From the NCBI GenBank assembly GCA_003559855.1, contig PWJZ01000067.1:66195-130194 (forward strand): DNA of 64,000 nt, given 5' to 3'. Position 1 is the stretch's first letter. Each line of letters starts with the position of its first letter. The notes below the pieces were generated by a model. That model searched no databases. It had not been told where the DNA came from and was given only the letters and a program-made list of their open reading frames with translations. Position numbers and translations under genes: made by a program. This DNA is from Bacteroidales bacterium (GTDB lineage Bacteria > Bacteroidota > Bacteroidia > Bacteroidales > UBA7960). Positions 52,113 through 61,406 of this stretch are shown one piece after another.

Positions 52113-54548
52113 GTGATATATCCGAAAAGCTTTGAAGGAAAGGCAGGGTTTGACCGTATCCGGCAAATGTTAAAAGATCTGTGCATTAGCGGGCTTGGGC
52201 AAAAACAGATTGACAGGATACGGTTCAGAAAAGATTTTACCCTGATCTCCAGGCTGCTCGACCAAACTGAGGATTTCAGACAGATCATCCTGTCGGGTGA
52301 ACCGTTCCCCCGGTCAAATTATTATGATCCTGCTACACTGTTTAAAAAGATAAGACCGGAAAATACGTATATTTTACCGGAAGAATTATCTGAATTATGG
52401 TTATCTCTGAAAACCATCAGCAAAATAATTGATTTTTTCAGAAAAACGGGAAAAGATGATCATCCTTTATATCCTTCACTTATCAGCCTTACCGAAAATA
52501 TATATTTGGATAAAGAGATTTTTATAAAAGCGGAAAAAATAATTGACGAATTAGGCGAGATACGCGATAATGCGTCTGTTGCTCTTGAAAAACTACGCAG
52601 GGAAAAAGCCTCAAAGAATGTTAAGGCGCAAAAGCAAATTGAGCAAATCCTTAAAGACGTCAAAAAAAGGGGTTGGACAAGCGGCGATCTGGAGCTTACT
52701 ATCCGCAACGGGCGCCAGGTGATCCCCGTTCCGGCAATTCATAAAAAGCATATCCGTGGTTTTGTTCATGACAGTTCGGCAACAGGGCAAACCCTATTCA
52801 TTGAACCGGAGGAGGTCTTTGAGATTAATAATGAAGTCAGGGAGCTGGAACTGGCTGAATGGCAGGAGATCGTGAAAATATTGACACATTTTACCAATTT
52901 TTTAAGGCCACACCTCGAACAATTACAAAAATGCTACCGGTTAATGGGCATTGCCGATGCCATTCGGGCAAAGGCTCTTTTGGCGATAGAAATGGGCGGA
53001 ATGAAACCCAGGCTTACCCCTTACCCTGTCATTCAATGGACAAAAGCCTTGCATCCATTGCTGTACCTGTCTTACAAATCGCAAAACAAACACGTGGAAC
53101 CACTGAATATTGCTCTTGACAAAGATCAAAGGATAATAGTTATTTCCGGGCCCAATGCGGGCGGTAAATCAGTATGCCTGAAAACTTGCGGCTTAATACA
53201 GTACATGCTGCAATGCGGTATGCTTGTTCCTATGGCTGATTACTCCGAAGCCGGCATATTTCAAAAGCTTTTTATAGACATAGGCGATGAACAGTCGCTG
53301 GAAAACGACCTGAGCACCTACAGCTCACATCTGTACAACATGAAATTTTTCCTGAAACATGCTGATGATAAGACACTGTTTCTGATTGACGAGTTCGGTG
53401 CAGGCAGCGAACCGCGTATAGGAGGTGCAATAGCCGAAGCCGTCCTGCTGAAACTGAACCTTTCGAAACCCTTTGGCGTGATTACCACACACTATGCGAA
53501 CCTGAAAGCTATGGGTGGGAAAATAAAAGGAATAATCAACGGCTCAATGCTGTTTGATTCCAAAAATATGAAACCCACCTATAAACTCAAAACAGGCATA
53601 CCCGGAAGCAGCTTCGCTTTTGAAATAGCCAGATCAACAGGCTTCCCCGATGAAATACTTAAAGAAGCCGCAAAGATAGCCGGAAGCGAACAGATAGATT
53701 TTGACCATCAGCTTCAGAATATCGAATTCAGAAAAAAAGAGTTGGAGGAGAAAGAACAACAACTGCGCTCGGCTGATTTTTTTTTGAACGAGATGATCGA
53801 AAAATACCAGCAATTATCCGGCGAGCTGGAAACAAAGAAGAAAGAAATACTCAAAGAAGCAAAAGAGGAAGCAAAACAGATACTGTCAACCACAAATAGA
53901 TTAATTGAAAGGACAATAAAAGAAATACGCGAATCGAACGCAGATAAGGAAAGAACAAAGCAAGTAAGAGAGGAATTGCAGGATTATTCAAAGCAAATAG
54001 AAAGCGGGCTTTCGGAAAAACGCGAAGAAAAGCCCCCGGAAGATAAACCTGCATACGAAACTGTTGATGATGATACACCTGTTATGACAGGCGATACGGT
54101 AAGGATGGAAGGTCAGACAATAGCCGGTGAAGTTTTGGAAATAACCGGCAAACAAGCGACAATATCCTTTGGCGATGTTAAGATCAAGGCTCCGCTGGAC
54201 AAGCTGGAAAAGGTGAAGATAAAAAAGGAGAAAACCGGTTCAGCCTTACCTCAGAGCAAAGTAAAGTACAGCTTCGATATCAATAAAAGGACGGCAGAAT
54301 TTAATACCGACATTGATATACGGGGAAAAAAGGCTGATGAGGCTCTTCAAATATTGAGAAAATATATTGACGATGCCATACTGCTTGGCATAAAAAAGGT
54401 TCGTATTCTCCATGGCACCGGTGAAGGCATTTTGCGTGAAGCCATAAAGGATTATCTGATAACATTGCCCGAAATTGAGAATATTAAACCCGAACATCCC
54501 GACAGGGGAGGCGCCGGTATTACGCAAGTATTCTTCGCCGGGAAATAA
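52113..54548 (+). CDS. mutS2: Endonuclease MutS2 (Smr domain)
   Basis: G.VHD.S.TGQTLFIEP, ISGPNAGGKS, DIGDEQS..NDLSTYSSHL, DEFG.G, TTHY, KOW, Smr DIRG...ILHG.GEG.LR; TAACTTTG box at 52080-52087. Confidence 0.96.
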   Translation: MIYPKSFEGKAGFDRIRQMLKDLCISGLGQKQIDRIRFRKDFTLISRLLDQTEDFRQIILSGEPFPRSNYYDPATLFKKIRPENTYILPEELSELWLSLKTISKIIDFFRKTGKDDHPLYPSLISLTENIYLDKEIFIKAEKIIDELGEIRDNASVALEKLRREKASKNVKAQKQIEQILKDVKKRGWTSGDLELTIRNGRQVIPVPAIHKKHIRGFVHDSSATGQTLFIEPEEVFEINNEVRELELAEWQEIVKILTHFTNFLRPHLEQLQKCYRLMGIADAIRAKALLAIEMGGMKPRLTPYPVIQWTKALHPLLYLSYKSQNKHVEPLNIALDKDQRIIVISGPNAGGKSVCLKTCGLIQYMLQCGMLVPMADYSEAGIFQKLFIDIGDEQSLENDLSTYSSHLYNMKFFLKHADDKTLFLIDEFGAGSEPRIGGAIAEAVLLKLNLSKPFGVITTHYANLKAMGGKIKGIINGSMLFDSKNMKPTYKLKTGIPGSSFAFEIARSTGFPDEILKEAAKIAGSEQIDFDHQLQNIEFRKKELEEKEQQLRSADFFLNEMIEKYQQLSGELETKKKEILKEAKEEAKQILSTTNRLIERTIKEIRESNADKERTKQVREELQDYSKQIESGLSEKREEKPPEDKPAYETVDDDTPVMTGDTVRMEGQTIAGEVLEITGKQATISFGDVKIKAPLDKLEKVKIKKEKTGSALPQSKVKYSFDINKRTAEFNTDIDIRGKKADEALQILRKYIDDAILLGIKKVRILHGTGEGILREAIKDYLITLPEIENIKPEHPDRGGAGITQVFFAGK

Positions 54549-54569
54549 GTGGTTGTCTGAAATTTGTGC

Positions 54570-54833
54570 TTATTTTTTACATTCGGAACTTTCAGCCTCA
54601 AAGAGTGTCAGCTGATTTTCCGTCACATAAGAAGGCTCATGATCATAGCTACGGTAACGTTCAACTTTATTATTTACAAGGGCTTTGATGAATTTGACAG
54701 GAGTGGTGCTATGAATACGGCAATAGCGCTCCAGTGCTTTTTTCTGACCATCGGTCAACTTAAACGCCATCTTTCGATACCTGATCTTTTTTCTTTTTGC
54801 CTTGCGGCTACGCTTTCTTTTATGTAAAGTCAT
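54570..54833 (-). CDS. Small basic hypothetical protein, RHH-like, with near-terminal QLTLF motif
   Basis: 87 aa: K/R-rich N-terminus, FKLT..QK..LE.YC.....TP..FIK strand-helix-helix pattern, ENQLTLF. Confidence 0.7.
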   Translation of the reverse strand: MTLHKRKRSRKAKRKKIRYRKMAFKLTDGQKKALERYCRIHSTTPVKFIKALVNNKVERYRSYDHEPSYVTENQLTLFEAESSECKK

Positions 54834-54973
54834 TTTTCAGTTTAATGTGATAACATAATATATTATTTATACCGGGCTTAAACCATATAGTGTCTCAATC
54901 AATATCATCGAGAAACAAACGATCGGAAATACAGGTTCAAAAATAAACATTTTGCACTAATAATATACTTTTG

Positions 54974-57900
54974 TTATTGCCGGTTTATAAGAAGTTTTTT
55001 CGAAACTGTTCCGATTTCCGTATAAATAATTACTATATAATATCCGTTTATTAAATGACCGGTATTCATTCTGCAAACCTTTGAATTGACAGACTCTAAC
55101 GAACTCATAACCTGCCCTGCAAGATTGGTTACATCAATCCTGTTTATATTCGTTAATGATGAAATTGTAACATTATTATCAGCCGGATTAGGGTAAATAA
55201 TCACACCTCCTTTTTGTTCTTTTATAATGTCGGAATGGATTAAAAATGAGGCATATATATTATGATTTGCAGATACGTTGTAAAACTTATAGATGGCTGA
55301 TTCGTCTGATTGAGGTATTAAATTATGTGTCATGGTTTTGTCATCCACATAAACATCTGAAATTTGATGGTTATGGTCAGGAATAATATTAAAGCTAATG
55401 TTACTTCCATGATACACGGGGATACGCCCTGAGGGATAGATATTTCCGTTAATACCGGCTGAAGCATATATTGTATGTGTACCTACAGCTGTTCCGTCAA
55501 GGCTGAAATTGTTGAATGTAACCCTGTTTCCGTCATCTTCATGTAATTTTTCGCCCAGGAATCTTATCCGGATCTTAAAGTCCTGATTGTTTTCTACCCC
55601 TTCAATATTTGTAAAGTCTATTTCATAATAGTTGAACTCCTCATATAATTTCAGCTTATTTTCAGTTAATCCTGAAGAGATCCATTGGTTATTATCTTTT
55701 TGTATATTGTAATCAATAACCAGCATATCTGCTGCGTCTTCATCCTTGGCTGCAAACCTGAATATTATATTTGAAAAACCGGTAGTAGGCAGATGGAAGA
55801 TCATTGTATTTTCCCTGTTATTGTCAGTGAAGGGTTGCCTTACCTGCAATGCACGCATGTCAACATCATTATATTCTATATTGTTGTTTCCTTCAGGCCG
55901 GTAATTGATCGGAGTTGGTTTGTTCCTTCGTTCCATGGAAGCTTTTCGCCATTTCGGATGGTTTTCGTAAAACGGGTATCCTTCAAGGCAGCTTTCATAT
56001 TCTATGGTTGCTCCATTAACAACACTGTAAAATGCATCAAGGTATTCAAGTGGTGTATCGTTTGGTATTTGTGTATCAAATAACCAGTAATGTATTAATA
56101 CCGGCTTATTATTTTTTTCAAAATGGGCGGTAAGATAAATGTCTTCGTTTTTGTCGAGCGTAACAACCTTTGAAGTTGAGTTTACGGTGCCTTCCCAGTG
56201 GGTAAACCTGTAGCCCGGTGCGGCAATGGCTTCAATTTCAACGGGGATGTTCTTAAAATATATTCCCTGCCATGGATAAGGTAACTTTTCGACTCCCGGT
56301 GTGTTTGGTTCTATTTCAATACTGTTGATCCTGATATGACCTTTTAACTGATTTGATACATCGAGATTTACGTATATTACCCCCTCAAGGTCGAAATGAT
56401 CCTTTATATGTTTTCTCTGATAATAAGGACGCTTTTTGGCAAAATCTCTCATTACGTCAATTTCTTTTTGCCATGCATTTATATTTGCCGGTTGACTCCA
56501 GCGTGATATATGTTCTTCGATCTCAGGGGTAATTTGTTGTTTTAATTTATTTATGAGGTAAAGACTTCTTTCGGGCAAAAATCCTGTATTCAATTGGTCT
56601 GCATATCTGTTAATAAATTTTGTTCTGAAGTGTTCGTTTTCAAGGAAACTTCTCAACAAAAATGTTGACCAGTCGGGGTTTGGCCATTCGGTACCTCCTT
56701 CTTTAGTGGCAAAAGATAAAGTGTTGTGTTCATATGCATTATCACCTCCTACCAGTCCGAAGCCAAAATCTGTATCAAATATAAGCCACCGCCAGCGGCC
56801 ATCATGACCGTAATCGCTCTCAGGTGTATATTCATTTGTTCGTAACCGCCAGTAATCAATATTGTTGCCCGGCCAATCCCTGTTGGCGGCAAATATGTTC
56901 GCTATCTGGTAGTCCATAAAGTTTTCTTCATCAATACGGGTTAAAACATATTGGTAATGTTTATCATCCTTTAATCCAAACTCTTCAATATAGTTTAAGG
57001 TAGCCCGGTAGTGCTTATTATCTCCTTCTTTGGCGATATATATGCTGGTCAGCAGGTCTATGTTGTCAGGATCAACCCCGTAAACCCGATTCAAATAATG
57101 TTTGTCATAACGTTCCCTGATGTTGTGAATACCCCAATATTCACCATTGATGAAAACAATTACAGGCTGATACGCTTGAGTGTCAAAATTCATATGGCCA
57201 ACCATACTTTGAATAAAAGCATCACGGAAAAATGTATGGTAATAATCGTTTCCGGAATTTCTGAAAATAAGTCTTTTAAAACTGTCATAAGGCAGGTCTT
57301 TGAAAAAACGGTAATTGAATTCAGAATCGCTGTATATGTTCCTTGCGTACAATCGCAGGGATTTCAGCGGGTAAGACCTGCTCCATCCGCCATGTATTCT
57401 TAAACCGATATTTTGATCCAAGCTTGCCTTCACATGGGTTGGTTCAAAAAGCTGAAGATTGGCGGGATATTCAAATTCGATTCCGCGTCGTCTGTAATTT
57501 GCAGGAGTGCTGCCGTCGACGGTTTCCTCTTCATTATCATTGCGCCAGTTATCAAAGTCTTCGCCCGCTACATATATTCCGTCATAATAGTCGAAAAGAT
57601 AATCTTCATTTAGGCTGATAAAAACTACCGGCAAACTATATTCAGGGCTTCTGTAACTATTGACAAGATATGGCTGTGTTCTGATTTCACTGGGTATTTT
57701 GCCGTTCTCAAAAGCCCTGGCTCTGACTATAGTGGCTTTATTAACAGGTTCGCCGGGAAAATAATAAGGTTCTGAATTCCATGTTGTGGAAATATGCGTA
57801 ATGCTGTCAGTCATATTTGACCTATCGGTAATTGTAATAGGTTCGGTATATACATGTGATATATATAGGCCTGTAATAAAATCCCCGAAAGGATCGCCGG

Positions 57901-58639
57901 GGTTTTCGGGATATTTGTTTTTGTAGTAATAAGTTTTACCTTCCGGGTTATCAATACAGGGCTCGGAGCCATCGAGGGTATAAACGATTGTTGCTTCGGG
58001 GCTGGGATGGGATATTTCCAGTTCGAGCTCATTGGCATAAAACCCGCCTTTTTTTGAAAAGGCAGGCGGTTCTAAAATTTTCGAATAGCCTTCGGTATAA
58101 TTTGCCTGCCCCGGTGTCGGCTCGGTAAAAAAATACCATTCGCCGGTGCCGTCGGGTTTTCGGCCATATGAAATGTCGGTAGGTATCTTTGTTGGTGCCA
58201 GTTCATCAATTCTGGTGCTGTCAGGAAGTGTTATAAGCACCTCCTCACCCTGGTAATTGATCCTGAAATTTGTATGTAACGGTGCTTCAGGACAATTGCG
58301 GTCTTTTCCCGATGCCCAGATCAATAAAAACTCACCGGGCTCTATGGTTACCACAGGAAATACCCATCTGAACGGATTGTCGTAATCATCTGACAAGCCA
58401 AACCCTGTAAGATCAACAGGCTCCTCACCACCATTATACAATTCAATCCAGTCTTCGTAATCCCCGTCCTCATCAGCAATGATAGCAGCATTCGAAGCCA
58501 TGACTTCATTTATGTAAATATCGGGTGTTTCAGCAGCAATATTATCGAAAGACCTGTCGTGAAGACCTTCAATGCTGTACGTCAGAATAGTGATTGAAAA
58601 AATTAAGCCGATCAGCAGAATATACCTGTTAATTTGCAT
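54974..58639 (-). CDS. CotH kinase family protein with lamin-tail, Fn3/chitobiase-like, B-repeat and T9SS C-terminal domains
   Basis: INEVMA.N...D.DG...DWIELYN (LTD), YTLDGSEP, RIHG..SR....KSLRL, NG.Y.G....RE, N.DWP.NN, W...DTD.GF, IYPNPA...G.YI.....K CTD. Confidence 0.9.
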   Translation of the reverse strand: MQINRYILLIGLIFSITILTYSIEGLHDRSFDNIAAETPDIYINEVMASNAAIIADEDGDYEDWIELYNGGEEPVDLTGFGLSDDYDNPFRWVFPVVTIEPGEFLLIWASGKDRNCPEAPLHTNFRINYQGEEVLITLPDSTRIDELAPTKIPTDISYGRKPDGTGEWYFFTEPTPGQANYTEGYSKILEPPAFSKKGGFYANELELEISHPSPEATIVYTLDGSEPCIDNPEGKTYYYKNKYPENPGDPFGDFITGLYISHVYTEPITITDRSNMTDSITHISTTWNSEPYYFPGEPVNKATIVRARAFENGKIPSEIRTQPYLVNSYRSPEYSLPVVFISLNEDYLFDYYDGIYVAGEDFDNWRNDNEEETVDGSTPANYRRRGIEFEYPANLQLFEPTHVKASLDQNIGLRIHGGWSRSYPLKSLRLYARNIYSDSEFNYRFFKDLPYDSFKRLIFRNSGNDYYHTFFRDAFIQSMVGHMNFDTQAYQPVIVFINGEYWGIHNIRERYDKHYLNRVYGVDPDNIDLLTSIYIAKEGDNKHYRATLNYIEEFGLKDDKHYQYVLTRIDEENFMDYQIANIFAANRDWPGNNIDYWRLRTNEYTPESDYGHDGRWRWLIFDTDFGFGLVGGDNAYEHNTLSFATKEGGTEWPNPDWSTFLLRSFLENEHFRTKFINRYADQLNTGFLPERSLYLINKLKQQITPEIEEHISRWSQPANINAWQKEIDVMRDFAKKRPYYQRKHIKDHFDLEGVIYVNLDVSNQLKGHIRINSIEIEPNTPGVEKLPYPWQGIYFKNIPVEIEAIAAPGYRFTHWEGTVNSTSKVVTLDKNEDIYLTAHFEKNNKPVLIHYWLFDTQIPNDTPLEYLDAFYSVVNGATIEYESCLEGYPFYENHPKWRKASMERRNKPTPINYRPEGNNNIEYNDVDMRALQVRQPFTDNNRENTMIFHLPTTGFSNIIFRFAAKDEDAADMLVIDYNIQKDNNQWISSGLTENKLKLYEEFNYYEIDFTNIEGVENNQDFKIRIRFLGEKLHEDDGNRVTFNNFSLDGTAVGTHTIYASAGINGNIYPSGRIPVYHGSNISFNIIPDHNHQISDVYVDDKTMTHNLIPQSDESAIYKFYNVSANHNIYASFLIHSDIIKEQKGGVIIYPNPADNNVTISSLTNINRIDVTNLAGQVMSSLESVNSKVCRMNTGHLINGYYIVIIYTEIGTVSKKLLINRQ

Positions 58640-59016
58640 AAACACCCTAAACTTCAATATAATGTAAATAAAAACGTTTTTAATTATTAAAAATTACATA
58701 ATATATTTCCTAAAATTCTCAAATTTATAAAAAGTTAGCTTTAATATTATGAAAAACGATAAGACTTTTTTATTTTGTCATTTCAGTTGTTCAGGTTTAT
58801 AAAAGAATCAATTATTTTCAAACAGCATCGGTAACAATTTACACATTGAATCGTTATTGGTAATGAGTCCGACAACAGGAAGGCGGATATTTTTAATTAG
58901 CTTTATCTTTGTTTTATTTGAAGAGGGATTGGTATGAAGCTAAGAAGTCGTATAAAAAACAGAGGTATCTGTCAATTATTTATTGAACATTTACAAAAGC
59001 AGTAATAATATTGATT

Positions 59017-61101
59017 ATGAATTTTGATATAACCTTCGGTTATCCTGTATGGCTGATAATAATATGTTTGTTGTTAGGCGGCGGCTATACTGCTATACTT
59101 TATTATAAAGACAGGGCGGGTTTCGGCAAAATGACCTCACTTGCTCTCGGTATTTTGCGATTTTTGGTTGTTTTTTTCCTGGCTGTTTTATTGCTTGCGC
59201 CAATGATTGAACGCTTGGTCAACATAAAAGAAGATCCTATGATATTATTTGTCCAGGACAATACAGGCTCATTGGCTTTTATTCCCGATTCCACATATTA
59301 CGTCAATGACTATCCGGCAGAGGTCGGGACATTCAGGGAAGAGCTTGGGAGGGATTATGATATCAGGACTTATACTTTTGGAGAATCTTTTTCAAGGGAT
59401 GACACATTTTCCTTTGACGAGAAGTTTACCGACATGTCTGCCATTTTTGACGGTCTTCAGACATTATACAGCAACAGGAATGTGGGAGCTGTTATCATAG
59501 CTTCCGACGGCATTTACAATCGCGGCATCAATCCGGTTTATGCCTCGGCAAAGAACAAATTTCCCGTATATACTATAGCACTTGGCGATACCACGCCACA
59601 CAAAGACGTTATTCTTGCCGATGTGCTTCATAACAGGATAACATATCTTGGCAACAAGTTTCCGCTCAGGGTGCATATTGAAGCTCGTGAGTGTTCAGGT
59701 GAAAGCAGCACCCTTACAGTTGCCAGAGATGAAGAAATACTTTTTTCAAAAGATGTCAGTTTTACAAGCGATCATCATTTTCAAACGGTTGATCTGACTC
59801 TTGAAGCTGATGAAACAGGCATGCAGAGATATCATGTAAGTCTGTCGCCTGTAGAAGGCGAAATAAATCTTGCCAACAACTACAAGGATATTTTTATCGA
59901 AGTTCTCGATAGCAGGCAGAAAATTTTGCTTTTGTCAAATTCACCTCATCCTGATGTGGGTGCAATAAAACAAAGCCTTGAAGACAACGAAAATTACGAA
60001 GTAAAATCATACGTAATAGATGAATTTGATGCTAATGTCGAACAGTTTAACCTTGTAATTTTGCATCAATTGCCATCATTTGAATATCCCATATCTGCGG
60101 TATTAAAAAAGCTTGATGATAATAATATTCCACGTCTTTTCATCATTGGCACGCAGACAAATATTTCCGCATTTAACAATACGGTTTCCGGCATTACCAT
60201 TGAACCGCGTTCGGGGCAGTTCAATGAAGCATTGCCACATTTTAATCACAATTTTGCCCTTTTCAGCATTAGCCGGGATTTAAAAGAACTATTAAGTTTA
60301 TTGCCTCCATTGCATCCTTATTTTGCGAGTTATGAAACCGGCGGTGCGGCGCGTATTTTTCTCAATCAAAAAATAGGCAATGTTGTTACGGACGACCCGT
60401 TGGTGGTATTTACAGATCATGGAAACACCAAAACAGGTGTTATAACGGGGGAGGGCATTTGGAGGTGGCGCCTGCACAATTATCTGCACAAGCAAAACCA
60501 TAATGCTTTTGACGGGATGATTTCCAAAAAAGTGCAATACCTGTCAATTCTTGAAGATAAAAGTCAACTCAGAATATTTTCCGAAAACATTTTTTATGAA
60601 AACGAACCTGTTAAGTTTTCGGCAGAGGTTTATAACCACAGTTTTGAACTTATCAACGATCCGGAGCTTCATTTAACGATCTACAACGAGGAAGGCGTGG
60701 ATTACCCGTTTGTTTTCAGCCGTACGTCAAACGCATATATACTTGATGCCGGAACTTTCCCCCCGGGAGATTATTCTTATGAAGCCGTCGTTACTGTCGG
60801 AGATGACAGATTCAAACACCACGGCGAATTAAGTGTTGCTCCGCTTAATATTGAAAAACTGCAAACCATTGCCAACCATCAAATAATGCACAGCCTTGCC
60901 GCCGAAAATGACGGTAAGCTCTTTTACCCCGGGCAGTGGAGCGAACTGCTTGATGAGCTGAAACAAAGAGAAGACATTAAACCTGTCCTGTACTCTCAAA
61001 AACAATTTGTAGATGCAATCAGTTTGAGTGGAATATTCTTTTTAATACTTTTGCTGGTCACTATTGAATGGTTTGTGAGAAGGCGGAGCGGAACTTATTA
61101 A
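59017..61101 (+). CDS. Membrane-anchored vWA-like / Ig-like conserved hypothetical protein
   Basis: BatA-like N-terminal TMs, MIDAS-like QDNTGS and IASDG, WRWR, C-terminal TM ending EWFVRR. Confidence 0.75.
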   Translation: MNFDITFGYPVWLIIICLLLGGGYTAILYYKDRAGFGKMTSLALGILRFLVVFFLAVLLLAPMIERLVNIKEDPMILFVQDNTGSLAFIPDSTYYVNDYPAEVGTFREELGRDYDIRTYTFGESFSRDDTFSFDEKFTDMSAIFDGLQTLYSNRNVGAVIIASDGIYNRGINPVYASAKNKFPVYTIALGDTTPHKDVILADVLHNRITYLGNKFPLRVHIEARECSGESSTLTVARDEEILFSKDVSFTSDHHFQTVDLTLEADETGMQRYHVSLSPVEGEINLANNYKDIFIEVLDSRQKILLLSNSPHPDVGAIKQSLEDNENYEVKSYVIDEFDANVEQFNLVILHQLPSFEYPISAVLKKLDDNNIPRLFIIGTQTNISAFNNTVSGITIEPRSGQFNEALPHFNHNFALFSISRDLKELLSLLPPLHPYFASYETGGAARIFLNQKIGNVVTDDPLVVFTDHGNTKTGVITGEGIWRWRLHNYLHKQNHNAFDGMISKKVQYLSILEDKSQLRIFSENIFYENEPVKFSAEVYNHSFELINDPELHLTIYNEEGVDYPFVFSRTSNAYILDAGTFPPGDYSYEAVVTVGDDRFKHHGELSVAPLNIEKLQTIANHQIMHSLAAENDGKLFYPGQWSELLDELKQREDIKPVLYSQKQFVDAISLSGIFFLILLLVTIEWFVRRRSGTY

Positions 61102-61131
61102 CCGGGCTTCAGCTAATATATTTCAAAACTT

Positions 61132-61222
61132 CGAATTTAGCTGCCATTTGTGTTTTGGAATTTACTCACAGAGTGTTTAATTATATTGTGTTCGTTGTCC
61201 CGCTCCGCTCTGCAGTGATTTT
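61132..61222 (-). repeat. Dispersed repeat family B, copy 2
   Basis: Reverse complement aligns with 26737-26830; exact AACGAACACAA block. Confidence 0.7.
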
Positions 61223-61406
61223 TTATAATTCATTTTAGAATTTTAGGTACTATCTACCCATTAGCATAGCAAAGCAAAATAATTTTATAAATACGTTTTT
61301 ATCTGTTTTGTAAATTTATTATTGTTTTTATTTTTACGCCGTTCAACAATATTGTCTTTATAATCCTTTAATTTATATCAATAATTTCTAACTAAATAAA
61401 TAAGTC

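Noticed and set aside
58860-58890. TAATGAGTCCGACAACAGGA resembling a hammerhead ribozyme core
   Set aside because: CUGAUGA is imperfect and there is no GAAA or closing stems.
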